Positions 28,330 to 42,061 of a DNA stretch of 64,000 bases are shown piece after piece. The stretch is from Octopus sinensis (lineage: Eukaryota): positions 28,904,464 to 28,968,463 of the forward strand of contig NC_043011.1 in the NCBI RefSeq assembly GCF_006345805.1, written 5' to 3'. The position numbers and the translations under genes were made by a program. How positions within the stretch are numbered: the first letter of the stretch is position 1; every line of letters starts with the position of its first letter. The notes beneath the pieces were generated by a model. The model searched no databases and was not told the origin of the DNA. It worked only from the letters and a program-made list of their open reading frames with translations.

Positions 28330-28560
28330 TATTCCTTTATTCTTTTACTTGTTTCAATTATTTGACTGTGGCTATGCTGGAGCACCACCTTACAGAGTTT
28401 TAGTCAAAGAAATCAACTCCCAGGAATTATTCTTTGTAAGCCTAATACTAATTCTATCAGTCTTTTTCGAAGCCACTAAGTTACAGGGAGGTAAACATAC
28501 CAACATCGGTTGTCAAGTGATAGTGGGAGTACAAATACAGACACAAAGATACACACACAC
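28330..28560 (-). mobile_element. 3' module of the same SINE family
   Basis: Direct similarity to 28605-28810. Confidence 0.8.
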
Positions 28561-28604
28561 AAATATATACATATTTATTTATATACATGTATATATATTC
28601 TTTT

Positions 28605-28821
28605 ATTCTTCTATTCTTTTACTTGTTTGAGTCATTTGACTGCAGCCATGCTCGAGCACCACCTTTAGTCAAGCAAATTGACCCCAGGACTTAGTCTTTG
28701 TAAGCCTAATGCTTATTCTATCGGTTTCTTTTGCCAAACCACTAGATTATGGGAACGTAAACACACTTGCATTGGTTGTCAAGCGATACTGCGGGGACAA
28801 ACACGGGCATACACACACACA

Positions 28822-28884
<63 letters not shown>

Positions 28885-29040
28885 GTCCAATGAGCTTCTT
28901 TCATGTTCTGTCTACCAAATCCACTCACAAGGCTTTGGTCAGCCCAAGGCCAGAGGCTATAGTAGAAGACACTTGCCCGAGGTACCATGCAGTGGGACTG
29001 AACCCAGAACCATGGTTGGGAAACACGCTTCTTACCACAC
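28605..29040 (-). mobile_element. tRNA/CORE-like SINE with internal (CA/TA)n and a distinct 3' module
   Basis: On the minus strand: head tggtaagaagc...gggttcagtccca, CORE-like cgggcaagtgtcttctactatagcctc, microsatellite 28810-28885, and 3' module gtttgtccc...cagtcaaatgact.aaacaagtaaaag. Confidence 0.85.
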
Positions 29041-30329
29041 AACCACTTCTGTGCCTGTGTTAGATATCCTTTTGGTTGTTATGATTCTATTTCAAATGTG
29101 AAAACTAAAATTTATTTGACATGTTTATAATAAGAAACATGTAAAACACGTGTTTACACCATTCCAGGTTATTGACAACTTTCACTGAAAATATCCTGGA
29201 GTTAGCTTAAATAAAAAAATAAAATTAATTTGTACTTGCTAGCAGGTGATATGAGTTGAGATGGTGTTAAAACAGAAACAATTATAGTATGGAAAAGTTG
29301 CTTTAGCTATTTGACAGCATACAAAAACTCTAACATTCTCTTTCCATATATTTCTTGAGGTGTTGAAATTTTCACTGCACAACTGCAACCTGACCAATAT
29401 CAAAGTTCTGTGGTAGAACTTAAGATTACTATGACCTGGTTACAGGCACAGTTCCATCATAGAAATGTCAATGATTAGGTTTCAGTTCTGCAATGAAAAA
29501 TTTGATAAATCAAGAAATAAATTAAAATTTAAATTAACAGATGTGTGTGTGTGTTTAAATGGCTAACAAAATTAATCAGACATAGTTAGAAGCTCCACCT
29601 GATCTTCAGAAATAAATTTTAAGTTTATTGTGGATCCTAGTTTTGTTTCACATATGTGTGTGTATGTGTGCGATGTGTTTGAGTGTGTGTGTGCGCGTGC
29701 ATGTGTGCACGTGTGCGCATGCATGTGTGCATGTGTGCGCATGTATGTGTTATTAATCATGCCTCTTTTTTTTTATGGTTTTATTTGGATGAAGCTATTG
29801 TATCCATGGTTCTTGAAAACATCTTCAAGACTAGGCAGATTGTTGTGTTTGATATTTCTCAACAACTGCAGGGAAAAACATTAGCAAGGAAAGAATTGAC
29901 ATTGGTGTTCAGGGAAAGAAGAATTCAGTGCAATGGTTTCCATAGTGCCTGGAAATGGGAGCAGATGCAAATTGGGTGATCAGAAGAAAAGGATCAGGTA
30001 GATCCCCAGGGAATAAAGTTTCAAAACTAGATCCTTTATAAATAGTTGAAGTTTCTATAAGATGGAGAAGTACCAAAAATGGTAAGATCTTAGCACTAAA
30101 ATCCAAATTAACTGGACAATATTTAGTTCCAAATACAACCAAGGGTGGTGTTAACCTTCAATCCTGGTGAGATGGAGCTCAGAATGCAAATGAATGAAAT
30201 GAAGGTAATTTTTCAGTTTTTATCCCTTTGCAATCTGAGTTCAAATCTTTCCAGAGCCAACTTCACCTATCTTTCTTGAGCCAGTAAAATAAGCTAATGC
30301 ACTAGAGTTGATATTAGCTATTATAATTC

Positions 30330-30530
30330 TTTCTACTAAAGGCACAAACCCCAAAATCCCGGGGGAGAAGGGACTAGTCGATTACATCACTGGTACTTAA
30401 TTTATCGACCCTGAAAAGACAAAAGGCAAAGTCGACCTCAGTAGAATTTTAACTCAGAACATAAAGACAAACAAAATTCCGCTAAGCATTTCGCCTGGCA
30501 TGCTAACGATTCTGCCAGCTCATCACCTTA
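30330..30530 (-). mobile_element. SINE
   Basis: Reverse-complement copy ending gccagctcatcacctt. Confidence 0.85.
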
Positions 30531-30839
30531 TATCATCTATTATAATGATAAGCTTTATGTCAATTTTTTTTTAATGAATATTTTATGACTTTGTTTACAA
30601 ACAGGATGTAGTTATAGCAATGTAATAAAGCCATTCACTTCACAATCACATAGGGACAGTATCATTTACCTGACATATCATTGAGTTGGCCAGTGCCTTT
30701 TCAATGGAATTTGGTAAACAGAAACTGCACAGAAGCCTGTAGTATATGTATCTGTATGTATCTTTTAATTAACGATAAAAACATTGTTGTAATTTTGAAT
30801 GAGGGTAATCTGTGCAATATTTCTATGTCATTCTATCAG

Positions 30840-30923
30840 AAATATAGAGAACCAGTGATTGGCAAATTGGAAACTTTGGTAACCAACACTGCTATTGTTC
30901 ACAAAATGCAATATAAAATATAA
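30840..30923 (+). CDS. Candidate terminal exon paralogous to 21725 (KYREPVIGKLETLVTNTAIVHKMQYKI*)
   Basis: Shares ctatcag acceptor, gaacca, ctattgttcacaaaat and aataaataaataaat with 21718-21825. Confidence 0.2.
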   Translation, partial: KYREPVIGKLETLVTNTAIVHKMQYKI

Positions 30924-32994
30924 TAAATAAATAAATCTATAAATAAATAAACTATGAGTGTAGGGCAGGTTTATAAATTTTCAGGAATGCAAACTGTTTA
31001 AACAAACAAAAAAAAGTTCATAAAATGAAGAAGCATTTTTCAATAAAATATATTTTAAAATATTATAATAAATAAAGATATTATCATAGATAAAGGAAAA
31101 ATAAAGACTCACTAAACTGGATTCATAATGTATAAATTATTTTCATTTTTGATCAGACTATTAATGTCATCTTTAGTGCATAAAATGTTCTAATATCTAC
31201 ATCAAAACTTAGTTTCATCAAAATGAATTTATTAATAGCCCAGAAAAATATAATTGTGTTAATTATAAGTCATCACAGCTATTTTGACAGGATATTTTAT
31301 TTGAATACTTTTAATAGAGTTGTTAGCACATAGGACAAAATGTTTTATTGTATTTGTTTTAGCTCTTTATGCTATGAGTTCAAATCCTGCCCATGTCAAC
31401 TATGCCTTTTATACTTTTGAGGGTCAATCGCATAAAGTACCAATCTAGGACTGAATTGACAGAGAGATTAAAGCGTCAGATGAGACACCTTGTGCTGTTT
31501 GTTCCAATTCTTTGTATATTACTCCAAATCCAGCTAAGGTTCACCATTGCCTTTTATCTATTTAGGTTTGATAATATAAAGTACAAATCTCCAGAGGTGA
31601 ATGAGTAGAATTGTTGGAGGCTTGGACAAGATGCTTTGTGGTACTTGTTCCGACCCTTTACATTCTGAGTTCAAATCCTACTGAGGCCAACTATGCCTTT
31701 TGTCCTTTTCAGGGTTGATAAAATAAAAGACCATTCCAGAGAATGTGAATTGGCAGAATTGTCAGAGAATCAGACTAGATACCTTGTGGTATTTGTTGTG
31801 GGTCATTATGTTTGGAGTTCTTGAGATGGTAGATACAGCATCATGCCTTTTAATAGTGTATATATATTTAATATGATACAGAGATAGTAGTATGTGTGTG
31901 TGTGTGTGTGTGTACATATCAACAGTTCTGAACATTAAAAAAGCTTATATATGGGGCTTATAACAACCATAGTCAAGAAAGCGAGAATTAGCAATTCGGG
32001 GACAAATCTAGTGATTTAGAATGTAAGTAGGAGTTCTCTAGGGCTTGGTTCTCAGCTTTTTTTTTGTTCATTATAATTCAAAAGGTCATAGCAAAAGAAT
32101 TTAAGACTAGTTGTTCATGGTTTCTTGGGAATGCCTCCATGTTACTGATCTAGTTCCCTTACCTGTATCTATCACGGAAAAAAGAAGAAATTTCAAACAT
32201 GGAAACAAAGCCTAGAGTGAATAACTCAAAATAAACATAACAACAACGAAAGTTAGTTGAAAGACAAGAACTTCTGATGGCTGAAGCGGCTATATTTGAT
32301 AACGAGGAAAGGAGTTGGGAAGCATTCTATAAGGTGGTGTGGCCAAATGCAAACTATGGAAACACAAAAGGACTTGTGGCATTACAGGCAGGCTGACAGA
32401 AAAGGATGACTTTGTATTTTGTAAGCAGCAAATGCACTGGAATAGCTGACAATAAGAGCATCTATGAAATTACTTCTGTCATTTTTTCGTAATATGCTCC
32501 TTCTGTTGCACAAGGAATTTAATCAGTTGCGATGGTGGATGCTCCAAAAGCATCATAGCTGGTGTAAGAATGGAGTAGAAAAAGTTCAGGATGCTAATGG
32601 TAATGACGGGATTCTCTCTCCAAAGATGACCAGATAGTTTGTTATTCATATGTCTAGTAATATAAAAATGAGCTTATTGCATGCAGTGTTCAAGTGCACT
32701 GAAACTCAGTGGAAAAGAATAAAAGACGGGATAGGTCAAGTAAAGAAAGACAGCAAAGATAGGCAAAAGTGCTTGCACAGTATGAAGAATAAAACAAAAA
32801 AAGAAAAAGAAAGAAAAGCGAGTACTAAAAGAGCCATGAGGAGGAAAGGGTGCACAGGCACATCAGGAGTAGTATTGATGAATTTCAAGACAGCATGAAA
32901 TTTTTGAAATATGATACTTCATAGTGAAACAAGGGCATTAAAGGTAGAGGATATCTGAAGGTTGGGAGGAAATGAAGTGTCTATGCTCTACTTC

Positions 32995-33550
32995 AGGGTT
33001 TCCCAACCATTTTTTATCTATGGATCCCTTAGATTACTATTTTATTCTGGTGAATCCCTATAGCCATTCAATGTTCAAAAACTAGTTTTATAAAGCATTT
33101 TTCAAAATTCCTATTTTGTTTATTTTCACACATTCACTAGTGTAGGTTCATATATGTAAAATAATAGAGAAAGAAACCTCACTGTTTCTTGCAATGCATA
33201 CCAATACATACATCCAAAACAAAATTATTTTTTCAGAGGCCCTTAACCCTTTAGCATTCAAACCGGCCATATCTGGCCAAAATATTTAACCTGTTTTATA
33301 TTGAAACTGACCAGATCTCGCCTCTCACCTCAGCCCTACAATGTCATTCTAAAACTAAAAAATCACTTCACTGAAATCTCTAAACTACAAGATTATACAT
33401 GATTAATTCAAAACATTTTAAATAAACAAACATCACATTTGACAGAATAATCTGAACACTAAAGGGTTAAACTACTATTATGGATACTCAATTTACTATT
33501 TTGTTGTGTGGACCCCACAAAATCTTATATGGACCCTCAGAGGTCCATAT
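32995..33550. mobile_element. hAT-like non-autonomous element interrupted by a MITE
   Basis: cagggtttcccaaccattttttatctatggatccc start and aaatcttatatggaccc...ggtccatat end resemble 4609-5217; the right TIR is not evident. Confidence 0.5.
33243..33470 (+). mobile_element. piggyBac-like MITE, family 2, nested in an hAT-like element
   Basis: ttaaccctttagcattca...tgaacactaaagggttaa. It interrupts a cagggtttcccaacc-initiated element (32995-33550). Confidence 0.85.
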
Positions 33551-33551
33551 G

Positions 33552-33628
33552 TTCTACTTGATCCACTGCTCTACTTGATCCACTGCTCTACTTGATCCTC
33601 TACATGATCCCTTGCTCTGCTTGACCCA
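33552..33628. repeat. 17-bp minisatellite (ctacttgatccactgct), ~4-5 degenerate units
   Basis: Direct tandem copies visible. Confidence 0.85.
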
Positions 33629-34092
33629 TGCTTTCAGTAAGAATGAAAACCAGAATACAAATGAATTGAGAGTAAAAATTGGGTATAAGATTAATGAGGT
33701 GTGATGTACAAAAGACAATAATGAGCAGGTATGAACATATAAGGTGGATGGAGGATAAAGAAATACCATGTAATGCAAACTGAAAGAATACCCGGAGGAA
33801 CGAGACGAAGGAAGACATTTGAAGAAGTGGCAAAATGTTGATTAGAAGGTGCTGATCCTCATGAAAGTGAAGTGACACTGGTCTTCATTGGACAAAGGAT
33901 GAAATTCTCTACTAGAGGAGATTTGTCCAGTCCATGTGAGAAAGGAGAAAGAGATGTGAAATGATGAATATATTTGTGTGAGTGAGTGCATGTGTGGATG
34001 TGTGTGAGCATGCACATGTGTGCCTTGCTTAGGTGCAGAAAATATCACTCATGCTAGCATGGAAACATTTATATGCATATATATATATATGC

Positions 34093-34162
<70 letters not shown>

Positions 34163-34292
34163 TGAATATATATATATGCATGTATATATATGCATATATG
34201 TATATTTATATATATCTAAACATATTTACAAATATTAACTTTTGTGTGTGCATATATATGTATGTATGTGTGTATGTATATATATATGTGTC

Positions 34293-34324
<32 letters not shown>

Positions 34325-34342
34325 TAGAGAGAGATGAAAATC

Positions 34343-34387
<45 letters not shown>

Positions 34388-34567
34388 TGAAAATCCTTTA
34401 TATATATATATATATATACATACATACATACATATATACATACATACACATACAAAAGTTAATATTTGTAAATATGTTTATATATATATATATATATAAA
34501 CATATTTACAAATATTAACTTTGTATGTGTATGTATGTATATATGTATGTATGTATGTATGTGTATG

Positions 34568-34621
<54 letters not shown>

Positions 34622-35217
34622 GATTTTCATCTAATGATGTAATGTACTACAAGTGGTCAGTTTGGTTTACCACTAAAACTTCAGCTTGAACAGCAATTGA
34701 GAACAAGTTGGTGTTGAAACTGCCTTTCAAAGCTAGCTAAAAAGCGATTCATTGTGGAGTGGGTACATGTGTATTAGAAACAGAGAAAAGAAAAGAAAAA
34801 ACATATGATATCATATTAGATCCTTTGATTTATAATTTATAATTCAAACATAGTGTAGAGTAATTACAGTAAGTAGCTAAAACTTCTTACAGTTGTTTCT
34901 AGAAGAGCTAAACATGGGGAACATGCATTATTGAGCAAGGATTTCTACGTAACTTAAGTATTCTGTCATCAGAGGAAGAGAGGGGAAACAAATAAAGAAT
35001 GTCCTTAAACAAGGATATTAGTACTTACCAGTCTGTTGAATAACTAAAGAGTATCCCAAAGTTCCACGGCTGAAGAAAAAACTGAATGCTGTAAGAGACT
35101 TTAGCTATTTACTATAACTACTTTACACTATATTCAAATTAAATTTATGAATTAAAGGCTCTAAAGTGATATCACAGGTTTTGTTTGTCTGGTTTTCTTT
35201 TTTTGCTTCTAATAAAG

Positions 35218-35262
<45 letters not shown>

Positions 35263-35492
35263 ATGCTTTTACAATTCTTGTACAATTCATGTATCTTAAA
35301 GCAATCTTTCAGGTTCTGTTTATGCTTTAAGATACATGACACAGTTAATAGATATGCCTGTTCAAGTATTGTAAAAGCATGAAACTATTGGTAGCTCTTT
35401 CAGTTGTGTATTTAAATTGTCATTCATCTCTTACTGGATGGAGTACTTTTTTTTTTTGCTGATTCTACCTCTATTGGATCTTTAAACTATAG

Positions 35493-35532
<40 letters not shown>

Positions 35533-36039
35533 GTGTGTGCGTGCAAATATGCACCCTGCTTTCATACCATTTCAGTCAATACAAACACAACTGATTTAAA
35601 ATATATAAACACCTAACAGTATAACTTTGAATGCTTGGATAAAATGTATGCCTGTGAATGTACCCAGATATATGATTTTCTGGTGTGTGGAATACACACA
35701 TACACACACATATATTTATATATTGTTGATTAATAGAAATGTTTAAACTTTTGAGTGAATGCGAAATACTTTTTTTTGGGGGGAACAGTGAATCTCGAAG
35801 CACATAAAACTCTAATAATAGCACATAATTATTTGGTTGAAAGATCCCTGTGGATGAAGCATGGTCAGCCTTTGACGTTTTCTATCTAAAAGGGATTTTC
35901 ATCCCAATATTTACAGACTGTTATTTATAGGTTTATATGCTTCAAGATTCCACTGTTCCAAAAGTTAATTTTAAGTGTGTTCATGTGTGTGTGTGTGCAT
36001 GTGTGTGGGTATGTATGTATGTATGTATGTATGTATGAA

Positions 36040-36575
36040 GTATGTGGTTTAGTGATTAGGGGTATTGCATTCATGATCGTAAGATCATTTCTTTTTTGAT
36101 TCTCAGACCAGCTGCACATTATGTTCTTGAGAAAACACTTCATTTCATGTTACTCCAGTTCACTTAGCTGTAAATGGATAACTTTGTGATGGACAAGCCT
36201 TCTAAGCTGGGGGAATGTTGGCCTGCTCACCTAACCAGTGGTGGGGTAGCATCATTCAAATGCCAGAAACGATGTGAAGTGCATTGTGACCAGCAATGAA
36301 TAACATCTGATCGTGAGGTGGCGAACTGGTAGAATCGTTAGCACGCCGGGTGAAATGCTAAGCGGTATTTCGTCTGCCATTATGTTGAGTTCAAATTCCA
36401 CCAAGGTCGACTTTGCCTTTCATCCTTTCGGGGTTGATAAATTAAGTACCAGTTACGCACTGGGGGTCAATATAATTGACTTAATCCCTTTGTCCTTGTT
36501 TGTCCCCTCTATGTTTAGCCCCTTGTGGGCAATAAAGAAATAAGAATAACATCTGATAGTCTGGTCAGTACCACG
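36040..36575 (+). mobile_element. Older tRNA/CORE-like SINE hosting the 36312 insertion
   Basis: tggtttagtg...tgttcttgagaaaacacttcatttcat head. Its 3' part is reverse-complement similar to 21330-21447. Confidence 0.65.
36312..36543 (+). mobile_element. SINE (ttgtttgtcccc...aagaaata tail subfamily) with a 14-bp TSD, nested in an older SINE
   Basis: GAATAACATCTGAT at 36298-36311 and 36544-36557 flanks the element exactly. Confidence 0.92.
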
Positions 36576-36594
36576 ATATAGTTATGTGTGTGTA

Positions 36595-36639
<45 letters not shown>

Positions 36640-37224
36640 TATTCTTGACATTTTCCTTGTACACTTACTCTTTTTTAGATTTTCATTGTGTCTGCATATA
36701 GTATATAAGCATGTGTATGAGTATGCATGTCTATATGTGTTTACTTGCTATGTCTGGAAGAAGTGAGTGTTCCCATATATTTTTGTATATATTTTTGCAG
36801 AGAAGACATGAGAAAGGAGGAGAAGGTTGCAGAAGGCTGATTTGTTCATGGAAAGAGGGCAAGGGTATCGTAGTTAGGGATGAGCAAGGGGGCTTGGATG
36901 GAACAAGAGTGATGAAATTTAGTGCAAGAGGACATTAGAGGGATCTGTGCAGAGGAGATAGAAAACCAATCAGCTCCGAATATGAGTATTCCTGTGTTTG
37001 TTTGAAAGAAAACAGTTTTGATATTCAGAATAAAGAACTCAATACCTTAAGAAGTAGTGTAAGTTATTATAGTGGTTAATATTACCAATACAGTTTATAT
37101 ATATATATATATGTGTTCAACCCATGCTAGCATGGAGAACGGACGTTAAACGATGATGATGATGATGATGATATATATATATATATTTGAGTAGAAAAAT
37201 GAAATATCTTTTTATGGATAATTC

Positions 37225-37309
<85 letters not shown>

Positions 37310-37337
37310 ACACACCACACCCACACAAACATATACA

Positions 37338-37475
37338 TATGATGGGCTTCTTTCAATTTCTGTCTATCAAATCCACTCTCAAGACTTTGGCTGGCCTGGG
37401 GCTATAGTAGAAAGCACTTGTCCAACAGTGGGACTGAACCCGGAACCATGTGGTTGAGAAGCAAACTTCTTACCA
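37338..37475 (-). mobile_element. tRNA/CORE-like SINE head
   Basis: gggcttctttcaatttctgtctatcaaatccactc...gtgggactgaacccggaaccatgtggtt...cttcttaccacac. Confidence 0.8.
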
Positions 37476-37680
37476 CACACAGAACATGAAACTGAAGAAG
37501 AATTACTCAATAATTTTTTATAAAGTACATATTTATTATACTTTTACAAGAAGTTAGGTGACAGTGACTTCTAAGTTTTGGCCTGATGATGGCTAGCAAG
37601 CTAAAACTTCAAAGTTACAGTCTCTACTACTGTCCTTGTGAAAGTATAATTTGTATATATATATATATATATATATATAC

Positions 37681-37735
<55 letters not shown>

Positions 37736-38025
37736 TATATAAGAGAGAGGGGGAAATGAGGGAAAGAGAGTCAACATGCATATATTTATATGTTTATATA
37801 TTTATGTATGCATGCAGTTAGTGTCACAAACAAAATGCATCAAGTACACCATGTAAAGTGGTTGGTATTAGGAAGGGCATTTTGCTATAGGAGTCAAGCC
37901 CCGAAATTAAACTTATAAGCAAGATATATTCCTCTAACCCATCTCAGAGAGCAGTAATGGTCTGTCCAACCTAAGCAAGTATAGAAAGTGGATATAAATG
38001 TTAATAGTGACAAACATATATACAT

Positions 38026-38056
<31 letters not shown>

Positions 38057-38170
38057 TATACATATATATATATATATAAACTTATATATATATATATGTA
38101 TGTATATATATATATATATTATATGTATGTATGTATGTATATATATATTATGTATATGTATACATATATA

Positions 38171-38207
<37 letters not shown>

Positions 38208-38264
38208 CATATAACATACGTACATGCACATATACACACACACACACATATATGTGTGTGTGTG

Positions 38265-38340
<76 letters not shown>

Positions 38341-39293
38341 TTATATTACATACATACATATATATTATACATACATATATATATATATATATGCACACAC
38401 ACACACACACACACACACAGAAATACATCCCTTATAAGTGTACCCACACTTTATCATTGTCACGTGTATCCCAAATTTTATCCAATTTTCAAAAATAATT
38501 ATTCTAATATTTTCTCAAATATACTTTCACATGCATCATCTTATTATATTTCTTATGCCAATTTTATTGCATTTATATACCAAATATTTTACATTTCCAC
38601 ATTGAATTCTATCATATATTTTGTAAACAATCTTATTAATAATTCATTGCAAACAAATTTTGTTTGTTAGTGTTGTCACTGCAGTTGTTGTTGTTGCTGT
38701 TGTTGTTATGATTATGATGATGTTGCTGTTGTTAATACTGTTGCTGCTGTTGATGTTATTGTTGCTATACAATAAATAAATAAATAAACAAATAAATAAA
38801 TATGTAAATACATTCTTTTATTTACCTTAAATTCTTGTTAAATCCCAGATGGAGGTTATCTAGATTTGCTCAGTCGGTATTGAGGGCATTAGTCGCACAG
38901 CGGCCAAATGACCAGCCTACAAGTTCAAATCCTATCACTAGCAGTCGCTGAATTATCATCCACAGTGAAAGCTGTTGATACTGAAAACAGCTCAGTCCAA
39001 CTAGCTGTGATAAGGTACCAAGAGACATATGGTTAAGCATGTCAAAGAAAACAGCGAGGAACATTGTACAAATAATGACTGTTTGCAATGAATGCTGAAC
39101 ATTCATAACAACTAAAAGGACATTATGATATAGTTTGGAAAGGGATGGGTCTTGCCAAACTGACTTCCTTTATTTATTATGTGGTATTAAGAAGTCTTCA
39201 GCAGACTTTAACCAACTAAATGGTTTATGGAACTCTCACAAATTACATAAAATCCATCCAAAAACAACTTTGTTTTCTTTTTCTCTTTTACAC

Positions 39294-39326
<33 letters not shown>

Positions 39327-39358
39327 TATATAAATTACACTTATGTATATATTACATT

Positions 39359-39400
<42 letters not shown>

Positions 39401-39446
39401 TATATATAATATATATATCTCATATGTATATATATATATATATATC

Positions 39447-39493
<47 letters not shown>

Positions 39494-40167
39494 TATATAT
39501 CTATATATATATATATATCTATCATAGTATATATATATATATATATATCATATCATAATATATATATATATATATATACTACATTTATATGCACATGTGT
39601 GTGTTTGTATTTGGAAGTCATGCTAATGCAAAAGCACCATTCTTTTCAATATTGTGTGTTTTTTTGTCCATTGAGATATCTACAATGAGATATTTTTACC
39701 TACATCTCATGAATGTACTTTCAATTCATGTATACGTCTGTATCTGTAAACGTATGTGTGTGTGTGCATGTATATGTGTGTGTGTGTATGTATATATATG
39801 TATATATGCACACACAAATATGCAAATATATATATATATATGTGTATGTATGTATGTAAACTGCAACACAATCTCACCACTAAATGCCTGTGGTGTTTGG
39901 TTGGTTCTCATTGGTGTCAGCTAAATCTGTGATCTTCAGCAATGTCGTTGATAACACAGCTGTGCTGAAACATTTTCAGCAACAGTTAATCCTCATCACT
40001 TCATTGCATTCCATTTTAGCCTGCTCTGCCAAACACAAGATTTCTTGGAAATTTTCTTATTTTATTATTGTTGTTGTTATTACTACTATATATCTATTTC
40101 AAAAAGCATCCCCAGATTTTTTTCTACAAATCGCAGCCAAAGTGTACCCACTTTCAACATCATATAA

Positions 40168-40198
<31 letters not shown>

Positions 40199-40480
40199 CA
40201 CTCACATTTATATGTAATTAATATATATGCATACATATTTATATAAAATATATATATGTACATATATATGTACGCAATATGTGTGTGTGTGTGTTATATC
40301 AAGAACTCAAGACAGCATTGTCAATGATATTGCCATTGTATTTTCTTGAATTTTTACTTAAATTTTTACTCTAAATATTTTTCTGATGGAAGGGGCAATG
40401 TCCATGACCTTTGCAGTCCCTTTACAACTAGTATATTTGATACAGGTGACGTTCAGTTTTCAATGGGTAGTCAGGAAATT

Positions 40481-40546
40481 CCAAAGCTATCATGAAGTTC
40501 TAAGGATATCATGAAGTTCCAAAGCTATCATGAAGTTCCAAGGATG
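40481..40546. repeat. 19-bp minisatellite (ccaaagctatcatgaagtt), ~3.5 units
   Basis: Alternating ccaaagct / ctaaggat variants. Confidence 0.85.
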
Positions 40547-40989
40547 AAGGTTTGTCAAAGATAACTAGATTTGCAGGATCTACAGAAGGAATAATGAGGC
40601 AATGTTCAGTACAGATTTTTCACAGGAGAAGATGGATAGCATTTGTATGCAACTAGCTAGTTCTAAACAGCAGAGAAAATGGTAATGAAGGAAGAGTGAG
40701 TGAACAGCACTCACTCCACATCTATCAGGTTGAAGTTTGTTATCTTAGTAAATCGTTGATAATCAGTTGATAGTATGTCTTCTCTTAAATGAGATGTTCC
40801 AAAAGTAATTAGGAAATTAGGCCCACCTTCTCAGAAAATTTTGAGTCTAGTATTACCTGCCAAAGATCATTCTTTTTTGCATTTGCAGCAGACTCTGTGA
40901 CAGAGTTCTGAGAAGCTGCTGTCTGAACAATGCTAGCAATCTAGTTTCAATACTCAATTGAGACTGTTTTGTTGGATTTATACTTATTT

Positions 40990-41020
<31 letters not shown>

Positions 41021-42061
41021 TTCAATTTATTTGCTAACAGCCACTCTGGGACATAGTCCTGAAAGAAAATAAATCATTTGTTTGAGATTTTTTTTTAAAG
41101 AATTACATCCAGGGTTTCTTGGCAACATTAGAGGCCTCTGGGCAAATCAATGCACTAGGCCCTATAGTTTTTTAAACCCCTACATACATACATTAGAAGT
41201 GAGCCCCTAAACCCAAGAGCCCGCCCGGGTAACTGCCTAGTGTGCCCATACCTGAAGATGACACTGATTACATCGTAAATTCCATTAATAGATATTTTGG
41301 GTCAGTAAAAAAAATACAGACACACTTATGTAAAGATCGTTAAAAATAATGTTTGGTTTCTTAATTGGTTAACTAGTTGCTAATAAATACTTAGAGTATC
41401 TGCTGTTATATGTTTTGTGAATGTTTGGCACCAAAGTAGAAATTAATATATTTCAAATTAAGGAAGAAACTAATTAATACTTTGAGAGGATATGCCATAA
41501 CGATTTGGAAAGACAGATGGGGTATGATTAATGAATGACACTACACACTTGTTAGTGAATAAAAATGTCTTTCTATTTAGCTTCATGGAGGATCCCCCCA
41601 CCTCTCTTTCTGTCTCTTCTATATACACACACGCATGCACACACACACACATATACACATACACACGCACACATTCCATACACACACTGCATGTCATCAT
41701 GGATAAAATTCTTCAACTATAGCCCTAAGCTAACAAAAGCTTTGCAAGTGGATTTGAATAGAGAAACTAAATGAAAAGTCCATCATGTGTGTGTGTGTGT
41801 GTGTCTGAGATTGTATTTTCTTGTCTTGATATCATGTGATAGGAAACAAGTGTTGCTGACACTCAAGCAGTGTCATTTGTTTTCAATTTCCTGTGAAAAC
41901 ATGTTTGGCCATGAGGAACTATTACCTTACTCAGAAACAGGAATGACATTCAGCTGTGGAAAGTTAAAAATCTGTCTCAATGAATTCTACCTGACTCATG
42001 CAAGCATAAAACACTATGAAAAAGATATGACTGATAAAAGACTTTTTGTCAGAGATAATAA

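Noticed and set aside
29775-30142. Protein-like ORFs on both strands with strong minus-strand acceptors
   Set aside because: The frames conflict, there are no usable donors and no family was recognised.
33552-33628. Short tandem arrays as possible CRISPR-like repeats (also 40481, 54590, 6251)
   Set aside because: There are no unique spacers or cas genes and the context is eukaryotic; these are minisatellites.
32200-33900. Possible very old RTE-like LINE remnant split by MITEs
   Set aside because: Only faint motif resemblance (RWMED.EIP...RR) with many stops; too degenerate to call.
38860-38945. A-box (gctcagtcggta) and B-box (gttcaaatcc) pair suggesting a tRNA
   Set aside because: No cloverleaf and the spacing is too long; at most an old SINE head.
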